From the NCBI RefSeq assembly GCF_009914755.1, contig NC_060932.1: a stretch of DNA of 64,000 nucleotides; one strand, given 5' to 3'. Shown piece by piece: positions 16,395 through 30,076 of this stretch. The notes under the pieces were generated by a model. The model was given only the letters and a program-made list of their open reading frames with translations. It did not search any database and was not told the DNA's origin. A program made the translations under genes and the position numbers. Each line of letters begins with the position of its first letter. Position 1 is the first letter of the stretch. Source of the DNA: the human T2T-CHM13v2.0 reference genome, Homo sapiens.

Positions 16395-17497
16395 TGGTAT
16401 GGTATATGTTTAACTTGGAAAGAAGTGCCAAACTGTTTTCCAAAATGGAATTCTCACCAATGAGAATGGACTTTTGGGTTGCTTCCACTTTTTGGCTATT
16501 ATGAATGATGCTGCTATGAACATTTGTATATAAGTTTTTGTGTGAACATATGTTTTCAATACTCTTGAGTATATACCTAGAAGTGGCATTTCTGGGTAAT
16601 TTGATAACTCTTGGGCTAACCTCTTAAGAACTGCCTAATATTTTCCAAAGTAGCTGTACTGTCTTACAATTGCAGCAGCAGTGTATGAAGGTTCTAATCA
16701 CTTCAAATCCTCACAAACGTTTGTTATTATTTGCCCTTTTTTTTTTAATCATAGCCATCGTGTTGGGTGTGAAGTAGTGTCCCACTGTGATTTTGATTCC
16801 ATTTCCCTTATGACTAATGATGTTGAAAATCTTTTCATGTGCTTATTGTTTATCTTATTTGGAGAAATGTCTATTCTAAACCCTTTGCACATTTTTTAAT
16901 TGGGTTATTTGTCTTTTTATTTTTGAGTTTTAAGAGTTATTTTTATAGTTTAGATACACATCCTTATAAAATATATGATTTGCAAATATTTTCTCTCATT
17001 CTGTGGGTTGTCTTTTTACTTTCTTGGTAGTGTCCTTTAGAGCGTGAAAGTTTTGCATTTTGATTTATCTTTTTTTCCTTGTGCATTTGGTGTCATATCT
17101 AACAAAACCAATGCATAATCCAAGGTTATGAAGATTTACACCTGTATTATCTTCTTAAATAGAATTATCTTTTTTGCATTGCTGGATTTAATTTGCTGAT
17201 TTTTTGAGGATTTTTGTGGTCTGTGTTCATGAGTGATGTTAAGTTGTAGGTTTTTATTTTCCTTCAAATTCCTTCATTTAGTTTTGGCATCAGTGTAATG
17301 CTCATCTCATTAAATGAATTAAAAATTGATTTCTTTTGTTTTTTGTATAAGTTTTTATAAATTCAAGTTTACTTCACTTTTAAGTGTTTGACAGAATTAA
17401 CCAGTGAAGCCATCTGGGCCTGGAGTTGTCTTTGTGGCACGATTTTAAACTGTGAATCCAACTTCTGTAATAGATGTAGGACTATTCAGATTATCTA

Positions 17498-17854
<357 letters not shown>

Positions 17855-19071
17855 TCATTTAAATTCCATGAGCTTATAGACATAAAGTTGTTTGTAAAAT
17901 TCTCTTATTTTTTTTAACTGCCTGTAAAATTTGTAATGACATCCCCTTTTCATTTCTGATATTGGGCATGTATATCTTTCTCTTTTTCTTCATCATTCTG
18001 GCTAAAAGGTTATCAATTTCATTGATTTTTTCAAAAAACAAGGCTTTATTTTCATGGATTTTTCTCTCTTGTTTTTCTGTTTTCAATTTCATTGATTCTG
18101 TTCTTTATTTCTTTATTTTTGGTTTAATTTTAACTTAATTTTTCTAGTTTCTCATAGTGACAAGTAGATCATAGATTTATTTAGTCTTCTCTATTATAAG
18201 CACTTAATGGTACAAATTTCCCTGTAAAGACCAATTTAGTTGCATCCCACAAATTTTGATATGTTATGCTTTAGTTTTTATTCAATTCAACATAATTTTT
18301 AATTTCCCTTGGGACTTAGTCTTTGACCTATGAATTATTTAGGAGTATGTTATGTAATTAAGTATTTAAGGATTTTGTTACCGATTTATAGTTTAATTCT
18401 GAAGTGGTCTGAGAACATAGTTGGCAAGATTTCAAATCTTTTAAGTTTGCTGAAATTTATTTTATGGCCCAAAATGTGGTCTATTTTGGTAAATATTCCC
18501 AGTGCACTAGAGAAAAAAATGTATACTTTACTGTTGTGGGATAAAGTGTTCTGTAAAGATCAATTAGATTTACTTGGTTGCTAGTGTTTTTCAGAACTTC
18601 CATTTCCTTACTGATCTGCTATCTTTTCTATCAGTTACTGAGAGAGCAGTGCTTTAGTCTCCAACTATAACTATAAATTTATCTATTTCTCCTTTCATTT
18701 CTATCAGCTTTTGCATCATGTACTCTGAACCTCTGTTGTTCGGTGCATATATGAGTTGTTAAGCTTTCTTGGTGAATTGACCCTCCCCCCTTTATCATTA
18801 TGTAATGTTCCTCTTTATCCATAGTAAGATTCCTTGTTCTGAGGGGTGCTTTGCCAGATATCAATATAGTCACTCCAGCTTTCCTTTAATTCATAATTGC
18901 ATAGTATACCTTTTAATATCCTTTTTACTTCTAACCTATTTATGTCTCATTTTTAAGGTTAGTTTCTTGTAGACAGCAAATAATTGGGATTTTTTTAAAA
19001 AATCATCCCTGACTCTGGCTTTTACTTGGGGTGCTTACGCCATTTAAATATCATGTAATTATTGATGTATA

Positions 19072-19235
19072 TTATTATTATCATTATTTTTAGAGATGAG
19101 GCCTCACTCTGTCACCCAGGCTGGAGTGCAGTGGCACCATCATAGCTTACTGCAGCCTCAAACTCCTGGGCTCAAGTGATCCTCCTGCCTCAGCCTCCTA
19201 AAGCTCTGGAATCAAACGAATGAGACATCATGACA
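19072..19235 (-). mobile_element. Alu monomer (FRAM-like)
   Basis: Single right-arm-type monomer with a (TTA)n tail. Confidence 0.75.
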
Positions 19236-19446
19236 ACTCAATATGATTAATTATATTATATTATTAATCATATATATTATATGATTAATGTGATACTAAT
19301 TATTGATATGGTTTGTTTAAAATCACTACTACCATTTTCCTAGTTGTTTTATTCTTTATGTGTCCCATATGTTCTTTGTCTGTTTTTTCCTCATTTTCTG
19401 TCTGCTTTCCATTTAGTACTTTTTAATTCCTTTGATCTCCACTATT

Positions 19447-19762
19447 GTTTTTATTTTTATTTATTTTTATTTTATTTTTGAAACAGGGTCTCACTCTGTT
19501 GGCTAGACTGGAATGCAGTGGTGTGATCACAGCTCACTGCAGCCTTAACCTCTCCAGGCTTAGGTGATCCTCCTACCTCAGCCTCCTGGGTAGCTGGGAC
19601 TACAAGTGTACGCCACCATGCCTGGCTAATTTTTGTATTTTTTGTAGAGATAGTGTTTTGCCATGTTGCCCAGACTGGTCTCTAACTGCTGAGCTCAGGC
19701 AATCCACCTGCCTTGGCTTCCCAAAGTGCTGGGATTATAGGTGTGAGCCATTGCAGCTGGCC
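19447..19762 (-). mobile_element. AluJ-like
   Basis: (TTTTTA)n tail and antisense dimer. Confidence 0.92.
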
Positions 19763-20127
19763 TGTTCTCATTACTTATGCCTCTTTCTAAAAACTTCTAA
19801 ATTGCTGCTCTAGTTTTATAATAGACATGCTTAATTAATCAGTCTATCTTCAAATATATCAAATAAGATCATCCAGATCTTTTTGAGAAACTTGTGTCAA
19901 AGCACATAACTCAAGAATCTCCTAAATAGCTTTTGTTTAACAATAAATAAATAGGCTATAAAGACCTCCATACAATCAAAAATTTCTATTCACTGAAGGA
20001 AGTGAATAAAACAATAAACATTGTCCCACCTAGTAAAAAATTTTTAAACTAACAATTATATAGTACTGTGTAGCGCAGAATATATATCCTTGTTCTGGCT
20101 TCGAAACAATGTTGTAACATGGTTATT

Positions 20128-20238
20128 ACTATTAGCATTTAGTTTGATGAAAGTTAAAGATAGAAACTATTAGCATTTAGTTTGATGAAAGTTAAAGATA
20201 GAAACTATTTGGTGAAAGTTAAAGATAGATACTATTTG
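20128..20238. repeat. 38-bp tandem repeat (two perfect copies plus deleted partial copies)
   Basis: actattagcatttagtttgatgaaagttaaagatagaa at 20128 and 20166; a 27-bp variant at 20204. Confidence 0.95.
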
Positions 20239-20969
20239 AATTCAGTAACAGAAGAATTGAAGAACTTTCAGGCTAGAGTAGATCTATGTCTTAAATGTTA
20301 GACATACTTTAGCCTGGTTATACTAGACATTTTGAATCAATGTGAAATAGTATTGTTAAACATTCATTATTATTTTCATTTCATCCACACAAGAAACCTA
20401 AGTAGTAGGTAGTAAAGGCATCATTTGACAGATGATGAAAATCAGATTCATCAAAGTGACTTGTACACAGAGTCAGTAAGCAGAGGAGCCAATATTAGAA
20501 CCCAGGTTTTCCAACCTCATGCTAAGGAGACAAAATCCAGAAGCTGAAAATGAAATTTAAGGCCAGGGAGGTCAGAGCCACACAATGCAACTTGAGGGTC
20601 AGAAGTCTCAATTCCCAACTGCTTGATAGGATTGGTTCAAAACCCAAATGAAATACATTGCCTATATATCCACATTTTCAATAACGCATCAAAATTATAA
20701 AGGACACTTATATTTATATGACTCAAAACTAACCTAATATTCAAATATTCAAGGTAAATTATATGAATCTTCTCAAATTGATAAGTGAACATCAACAAAA
20801 CTGCTGAACTGGCCATTGGATTTGAAAAGTGCTTAACAAATACTATGTGTACGTACAACACAAGCTAATAAATGTAGCTACACTTCAAAAAGGGAAGCCT
20901 AAGTAAACTCATGTTAATTTCACCAAATGCTTTATCTATCTAACAAGATAAAACAGTATACTTTCTTAC

Positions 20970-21191
20970 CATAATATTGTAGTTGACATTAATGGTCTCA
21001 TCTTCATCGGGGGCATTCATTTGAACAGGTTTAACCTCATTCTTTCCTTTCCTTACAACATCATAAATGGGATTTCGAGGTTGCTGGTTTTGTAGAATTT
21101 TTTTCAGTTGTTTTTCCAGAAATTGTGGAGCATCATTAGCTACTTCAAAAACTCCATAATCTGCATTAAATCTAATTGCCTCTGAAAAGGT
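20970..21191 (-). CDS. RGS22: RGS22 exon 4 (TFSEAIRF...NVNYNIM)
   Basis: Lies within ORF 20940..21197(-); ttgcag acceptor, ATG|GTAAGA donor, 222 nt, phase 0-0. Confidence 0.94.
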
Positions 21192-22171
21192 CTGCAATAT
21201 AAATTTGTGGAAATTAAAACATTTTTTAAACCTGGAAACTCATGGTCTCTAAGAAGACTTGTGGTTTACATACATGCATGCATACCTCACAGAGTTCTGT
21301 GTTTGTAATCATTCCCTCTTCCTTTTTAGGAGCTAGGAAATCCCTTGGGTAGAGGTCAGGGAACCCACTAAACTCTTCCTTGCCAATGCACTTATGCCAC
21401 GAGTAAGTGTCAGGGTATGCTATGGCAGAAATTCCCTTTGTATAAACATCTTAAGTCTGTGATTATTTGAAACTGGAGAGAAATATATACCTGGCTCTAC
21501 AAAGCAATGTTATTCTCTTAGAAGGGGGTGGATCACTAGGGAAGAATGAGTAAAGGAAGAAATAATGCTCCCATTGTCTTTCATCCTTAGGAGCCATGAA
21601 GGCTAACAATCTCCCTTGTCCAAAAGGAGAAATTTAAGTACAATATGTTCTTCAGTTAAGACTATTTCAACACCATCCTTTGCACTGTGACAAAAAAAGA
21701 GAGAAGAAAATAACATTTCTGAGGTTTTTATCAGTAATTCTAAATGCTGCCAACTTTTATTTAAAGCCAGTCAGTTGATATACAATAGTCAGGAGTCTTG
21801 AGTTTGAATGCCAGCTTGCCAATAAGTACCTCTGTGACTCTAGGTAAATCACTGAACATCTTTGGGGCCTCCACTTCCGTAAGAAGTAAATGGTGAATTG
21901 GCCATGTCTTTTCCCATTTGTCTTCCAAATCTAGAATCAGGTCCCTTTTTCAGAATATTCATTTATTTTAGGGTGCCTTCAGTGAACTGACTACTCATGT
22001 AGATTAACTTATACATGCTTAGGCGAGTGGTAGAAGAAATTAAATTCTTCCCCTTGGATCAGTAAGTGTTCTAAGTAGAACATTAATTCAAGTTTTACTA
22101 AGGGATTGCTAGATATACTATAGTCATAATTTAAAAAGTGGCAGAATTTCACAGTAAAATTGGAACTAGAA

Positions 22172-22194
22172 GTATGTGTATATATGTGTGCGTG

Positions 22195-22224
<30 letters not shown>
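22172..22224. repeat. (TG)/(TA)n microsatellite
   Basis: Directly visible. Confidence 0.93.
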
Positions 22225-22225
<1 letters not shown>

Positions 22226-23055
22226 TTAAATTTTAATGTCTCATAATATCACATCTCTAAGGTCTGACTGTCTCCCCTTCTGAGGAATTTAAAGTACATG
22301 GATGATACGGTTCAAGATGAATGTCAGTCCACAGTCTCAAAAGCCTTAGGACTAAGAGTTTCTCCCAAAATGATAAGTATTGCTCAATGAGTAAGAAAGA
22401 ATTAGCCATAAATTACATATAAAATTTCTTCAATAGATATATTTCATTAGTTGCCCACTGCATCTGTCTTTCAAACATGGGATTCAAACAGGCACCATTT
22501 ACCTAAATGACATAAATACCATCCCTAAACTATGCTATCACTTAACTAAAGAGAAAAAAGAGTCTGCTGATATCGCAGATTAGATTTATCTGGAGATAGG
22601 AAATTAATTAAACTTGGTAGAGAATGACATCAAATATTAATGGGGGTAGGAGAAACTAAGCTGTATAAAGTGAAAGACCGTCTGGAAAACATTTCTTCTA
22701 GTTCTGAGTATCCATGGAACAAGAGAACAAGTTTGACTTTTATTGTTTTCCTTTTTTTTTTTTTTTTTTGCCTCCTACCCTCTGACCTGGTAGCCAGAGG
22801 AACAGAAAGCTGTGATAATCCAAAGCAAAGAATGTTAACTAGTTAGTTCAATGGATAAATAAAACATTTCCTACTAATCAAGTAAAAAGTGCTCAAGTAA
22901 AAAAATTAGGAGGGGCTATTGATACTCCAAGACCCTAGTAATCAATCTTACTTAGTAGTAGTGAGTAGTTACGGTATAGTTGGCAGAAATAACGAAGATG
23001 ATAAGGACTATTTACTGAATGTCTATCATGTGATAGGTGTGTGATGGACACTTTA

Positions 23056-23366
23056 TTTTTTTTCTTTCCAACTTTTATTTTAGGTTTAAGGGGTACATGT
23101 GCAGGTTTGTTACATGGGTAAATTGCATGTTGCAGGGGTTTGGCATACAGATAATTTTGTCACCCAGGTAAGCAGCATAACACTCAATAGGTAGTTTTTC
23201 AATCTTCACCCTCCCTCCACTCTCCATCCTCAAGTAGGCCCCTACAATAGTAGGTCTATTGCTCCCTTCGTGTCCATGTGTGCTCAATGTTTAGCTCCTA
23301 CAGATAAGTGAGAACATGTGGTATTTGGTTTTCTGTTCCTGCATTAATTCCCTTGGGTTAAAGGTC
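23056..23366 (-). mobile_element. Short L1 3'-end insertion
   Basis: gtacatgtgcaggtttgttacatgggtaa motif; perfect 15-bp TSD gtgatggacacttta at 23041-23055 and 23367-23381. Confidence 0.93.
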
Positions 23367-24207
23367 GTGATGGACACTTTAAAAGCCCTCTCTTGAATCC
23401 TTCCACATTCCTGACATAGCTCTTTACAAAAAACTGATGGTAGGGATGGCTAAGTGGTGGTCCATGGACTCAGAGCTATAAAGTGCTAGACAATCAGGGT
23501 TATGGAAACAAGTCTGTCTGGTCCCAAAGACAGAACATTTCCTCTTTAATACACTGCCTCACGTATGACAAAACTAGTGTGTACTGACCACTTCTCTACA
23601 CCAAGTTCTTTGCTAAGCAATAATCCTATGAAGTTAGGGTAGCTGTGATTCAAACAAAGCATTTTGATTCCAAAGCCCATACTCTTATCTACCCTGGTTT
23701 TACTAGTAAAGGCACAGAGGCATGAAGCAACATGGTGTATGGGGGTAACTCTACACAGCTGGATTAGAACAAGAATAGCCGTAGTTGGAATAGTTTAAGG
23801 AACAAAGAAAAAAGACTTGAAGTAGATAACATAGTATAACCAGATCATGAAAGGCTTTGCATGCCATTTTAACAAGTACGGGCTTTATCTTAACCCTCTA
23901 GGAAACAGGGAGGCACATGAACACCCTAAGTAGGAAAGTAAATAGTTACTTCTAATTTGTGTTTTAGAAAGGTTCTGGAGCAGTCTGGAAGATGTAATGG
24001 TTGCTTGTCAGCTCATGAGCTGGTGGGGTTGGCTGCTCACATTACAGAAGCAGAACCATCACCACACTCTGGGGAGACTGGCTGTTATCTCAGAGCTACT
24101 GCTATCACATCGCGACCAGGTTTTATGTAAAAATTACTAACTCTCTGGATGGGATACTGTCCCCGTCACATGTAGAGGCCAGGGCAGTATTTAAAGCAGG
24201 TAGTTAA

Positions 24208-24507
<300 letters not shown>

Positions 24508-24663
24508 AACAATTACTTTTATATTTACATAAAAAGCAAAACTACAGCTGAGAAAGCCTAAATGAACTCTTCATGGCTTTACAGCAAGTCCCCTAATGAG
24601 CTTACAACACAACTCTGGAGTTATCACTATGCAACTGCTTTAAACCTAGAACTGACCGCGTAA

Positions 24664-24976
<313 letters not shown>

Positions 24977-27199
24977 ACATAATTTTAGTTAAGGCTTACT
25001 GTGGATGCTGTGGACTGGCTCACTCAGAATCCATTCCAACCTCCTAAAATGCAAAGCCTGGAAAAGTAAAAACTTTATTTCTCAGACTCCCTACAGCTAC
25101 GATTTCATGTGTGCTTTAGGTTGTGCTACTCGTATGCACTTACAAAAATACTTGAATTCTGAATGGACCTAGTAGGGAAAAAGGCAGTGTATCCATTCTG
25201 AGGAAGAAAGTGTATGTAAGCATGAAAGTGAGGAGAGGAACTGGTCAAAAAGAAGTGCTTTACAGAAACAGCACAGTAAAAACAACAAAAGGAAAATTGG
25301 AATTATGTTTATAATAAAATGGCATGCAATGTTTCTATTTATTATAAAAAAAGAAATGTGAATGTATATGTAAAAATGTTTATACTTTTAAACTTAAGAA
25401 TTTCTTTCTATGGAATTAATTATAATAGAACAGAGATCTTTCCAGGGGTAAATCAGTGTTTTTGTATTTGAAAAGCCACGCATTAGCTTAGATCCTGGAA
25501 GGTCCTTAAAAGCACTATGATTCTAAGATGATAAAAGTGGCAAACAACTGTTTCAAAGCTTCTCTCAGTAATTCATTTTACCAATAGCAAAATGTTTGAA
25601 TTACCAAGTGCCAATTATTGCCCTAAACCTAGAGGATACAAAGATGAATAAAACATTATTTCTGCCCTTGAAGGAACAAGTACATGATCTTTCATTTTTG
25701 TCTATGATAAAGAGTAAACAAAATACCGAAATAAATTAAAACTTGTGTAAATGCAAATGCCAAGGGCAAATATGTCCCCAGTGACAAGGGTAGTAATACT
25801 AGAATATTATGTCTGGTCTGGTTATCACACTTTAAAAGGGATTTGGCTAAACTAGAAACTACCCAGAGAAACATAAGCAGAATGATTAAAAATGGAAGAA
25901 ATGTTGGGCAAATCACTTTGCCTTTCTGAGACATATCAGTAAAAAGAAGTTGTAACTAGATAAACCGAAGGTGCTTTCCATGTTTGATACTCCATCAGTC
26001 CATGATGGACGTTCCAGGAAAAAAGTCTATATCTTCTGCTCTTTAGTAAGATCACTCAGCCCCACTATTCCTTTGTTAGCTCATTCATTTATTCAATAAG
26101 TATTTAATTATTATTATCATAATATCCTATTTAATATATTGAGTGAGCCAATACAGGGCATCCTCCACAAGGCCCCAAATGAAATGAAAAAGACACAGAT
26201 CCTGCCTCAGAGCACACATTATCCAGCAGAGGAAGACAGATAAGTAAACATAAATAGGCAATAAAGACCCATCCTATGAGGGGAAGGGATATGAAAGTCA
26301 GCACATAAGGTGAAATCATATTTAGTCAAGATTATCCCTTGAAATCTTGAAAACATCCATAAAGTTGTCTTCAACAATGTTCTCAAAAAGTTCATGAGTC
26401 AGTTGTTCCTCTGGATTGAAATGAGTCACTGATTCTTCAGTTAGGGACTGGATGAAGGGATGGACTTGTGTTTAAAGCTCATGCTGTACACAAAATGTGT
26501 ATGTTTAACACTAGAATCACCCTTAGCATGATGATATGACAACATACTGTAAGAGGCAGGAAGGATGACACTCATTGATGGAATGGCAGTTTCTCATCTT
26601 CCATCTCACACCCTCTACAGGGCACATACACATAGATTGGTACAACAGACAAAATCATTGTGACTCTTTAAATCACTCTTCATGTCACTCTTTAAACCTC
26701 ACTCTCTCTGCAGAACATGAGTAGCTCAATTTGAATAAGAATGGATGTATATTGAACTCCAGTTTAACACAGAACAAGCACAATAGAAGAACATACAAAG
26801 TAATGTGATGGCACAGAAGGATTCATTAACTATTAATATATTCTGGAAATTAAGGAAGATGTATAGGGAAAGTGGGCTGCTAGAGCTGAATTTTAAGAAT
26901 GAACAGGCAATGTCAGGTAGACAAGGGAGAAGAGGGGGAAGAGGTGAATTCACAAAAGTAATAGCCAATGCATCAAGATAAAGGAGCATGACACCTACCA
27001 TGTACCCACAAAAATTAAAAATAAAAATAAAAGATACAAGAGCACAAAATAATAGGTTACATTTGGTGAACTGCAAGCAGTGAAACATATTCAACTTTAA
27101 TATTTTAAGGGAGAATAGCAGAAATAAGACTGGAGAGAAAGGATGAATTCGTTGAGGACCTACTATCATATGCTGTAACTCTCAACTTACACTGTTGAA

Positions 27200-27690
27200 C
27201 CAATGATTCTCATAGGGTGGTTCCTAGATCAGCAATATCACCATCACCTGAGATCCTGTTAGAAATGCAAATTCCCTCCTAAGCAAATTAACACAGGAAC
27301 AGAAAACCAAACACCATATGTTTTCACTTATAAGTGGGAACTAAACATCGAGTGCTCATGGACATAAATGGCAACAATAGACACTGGGGACAACTAGATG
27401 GGAGAGGGAAGGATGGAGATAAGGGCTGAAAAACTACTGGGTACTATGCTCAGTACCTAGGTGAAGGATCATTCATATCCTAAGGCTCAGCATGACGCAA
27501 TATACCCAGGTAACAAACCTGCACATGTACACCCCTGAATCTAAAATAAAAGTTGAAAAGAAAAAAGAAAGATAAGCAACTTATCGGTCCCCTCCGTATA
27601 ACAAAATCTCTGGGGAAGGAGCTCAGCACTCTGAGTTTTAACAAGCCCTCTGATCATTCTAACGCATGCACATGTTTAAGAATCACTGCT
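27200..27690. mobile_element. MER5A-like hAT MITE split by an L1 3'-end insertion (~27275-27570, + strand)
   Basis: cagcaatatcaccatcacctgagatcctgttagaaatgcaaatt ... ttttaacaagccctctgatcattct...tttaagaatcactgc flanking an L1 3' UTR with A-tail. Confidence 0.75.
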
Positions 27691-30036
27691 TTACAACAAG
27701 GAGGAGCCACTGAAGAGTTTTTAGCTGAGGAGAGGCAGAATCCAGATGAAGACAAACTGCAAAGCCACATTCTGTTGGTTACTTCATGCTGACTCTCATG
27801 GGTATTCATATATGAGGTGGTGCCAGCCGTCTGTGTTTGATACCCAGGAGAAAGAGCCCTGGTCTTTCATTAGTACCCAAATTCCTGTTGTTTGCTTAAA
27901 AAGAAGCTCTCTTAAACATCAAGTCCTTTGTTTTAACCATTTCTAAGCTTATCTATAAAACTCCTATAGTTTAGTAAGTAACAATACAAGACACATAGGG
28001 TATGGGAGACAGAAATGAATGATGTAGAAAGTCTTTTCTCCAAAATGCTAAGTTGGCTGATTTAGAGAATGCTCAACCTTAAATCATATAACAGGAAAAA
28101 CCTTCAGTTTGAGCCTCAAACCCAATCCTCCACAAGCTGTTACAGACTGCTCTTTTCCTTACTTAATTTTCTTATTTCAAGGATATCATTTTCCAAATAT
28201 TCCAAAACGAATTGACCTGAAGGTGGTGAAAGCTAACTTTGTAGTACTAGTCATCCATGTGTGAAAAATATTTTCACAGAAAAAGCAAGTGCATGAAAAT
28301 ATTTTTACCAGAGTAAATTGCTGGTTCCACATTTCTTTGAAAAGGGGAGAGAAAAAAAACCTGTGAATAATTAGTGACGTACTTAAACTGCCAGCCCAGC
28401 ACCAGTGAAACTTACCGGGTGCCAAATTATTTAGCTGAACAGTATTTAAATTAAAAACTAATGACTAGGTTAATTTAATACATGTTCATCTCTGCTCCAA
28501 CTCTGTCTTTACTAATTGAGCTCCAAAGCTGTATTTTAAACATGCATCCCTAGTCAGTGAATGGAAAACATCTGACTACTTGAATGTAACAAGTCAGTTA
28601 CCAATAACAACTTCTTTTAATCTAAGCTTTATTGTCATTTTAGATGTTTAACCATAAACTGTTTACTAGATATATTCACCAATGGGATGGAATGAATAAT
28701 GTGCCACATAAAATGTATAGAAAATATCCTTAGTTAATAAATGAGTTAGGTAATTTGAGTGCTGTATTTTTGAGCTACAAGTCTTATCAAAACACCCAGA
28801 GGTGCAAACACTGAACTAAGCAGTTTCCTAGAGCTTTATCAACACCTGTAAAAATCAATTTCTGAGTATTTAGATTTTGGCAAGAGAAGACCCAAACCCT
28901 TCATCCCATGCATTCCCCCAAAATATACTCTCTCTTTCTCCCCACTGGCCCCCCACAACAGTCCATCTAGCATATAACTCCTTCATAAAGCTGCAAGAAA
29001 TTATAACTGTTTACGGATTGTAAAAAGTGTGGAGAATCAGTCCAAAAAAAGAAGTTATGGTAAAATTTCAACAGCACATAACTAAGCATGGTCTGGCAAA
29101 CACATGACATACCTATCCTTGCGAGGAGGGTATAGAACAGGCCACCCCTTCAGCTTCTGCAAACTATAAATGTCACAAACATTTGAAACCACCCACAGAG
29201 GACCAACCTAAATCTATGTGGGCTCATCTACTCAATCCCACAACAGTCACTAAGCATAAAACACACAAAACAAAGCCAAAAGGAAAAAAATGTTTTCACA
29301 CTATAGCACGGAAGAAAACTTAATAAGCAAACACTTGTCCATAAAGAGTTGACAGCAAAAAACCTCCCAGACACCAAATGAAAACAATATCTGAATGTGA
29401 ACTTGGCACAAGAACAAACGGAATGAAGTTATGAAAGCTAGGATTTGGAAAGTGCTGCAATCATTTATAATAGCAGCAACTGTCCTGAATTCCCCTCATC
29501 AAAAAATAACATGGAGGCAGGCTACCAGCCACCAGTTTCAGGATCTTACAATGTGTCCCAAGGGTATAATGGTGTAATGGAAAGAAATAGTGTAGGGGCC
29601 AGAATGCCTGATTCCTAGGCCCATTTCTACCACAATCCGGTTATAGGACCTTGGGCATGTCATTACAGATAGGGAAAAAGTCTCAGAAGTCATCTCAGAG
29701 ATGACCTAAGGGCCCTATAGTCTATATCTACACTCTAGGGCTTAGGCTATTGCTTTTGGTGGGGACTGAGGGTAGAGGTGGGTGAAGAAAGGAGGCAGGA
29801 GAAAAGATTAGAAGGTTTACTTGTTTATATTAAGGATCTTACATGGAAGATGTTGAAATAAAAACAGAATCATAATCAAGAATCTTTGGGAGATACAGAA
29901 AAGACCTGTCCTTGCCCCCAGGAAATTTACAATGTAGCTCCTGAGATAAAATAAACAGAGAAGAAGGAAATTTTCTCTGGTCAAGAAAGTCCAATCTTCC
30001 ACCATAGATATATATACATAATAGAGATACACGAGA

Positions 30037-30076
30037 TACACACACACACAAACACACACACACACACACACACACG
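30037..30076. repeat. (CA)n microsatellite
   Basis: Directly visible. Confidence 0.95.

Noticed and set aside
26726-27169. 147-aa hydrophobic minus-strand ORF
   Set aside because: Antisense reading of purine-rich, L2-like sequence; no splice or phase support
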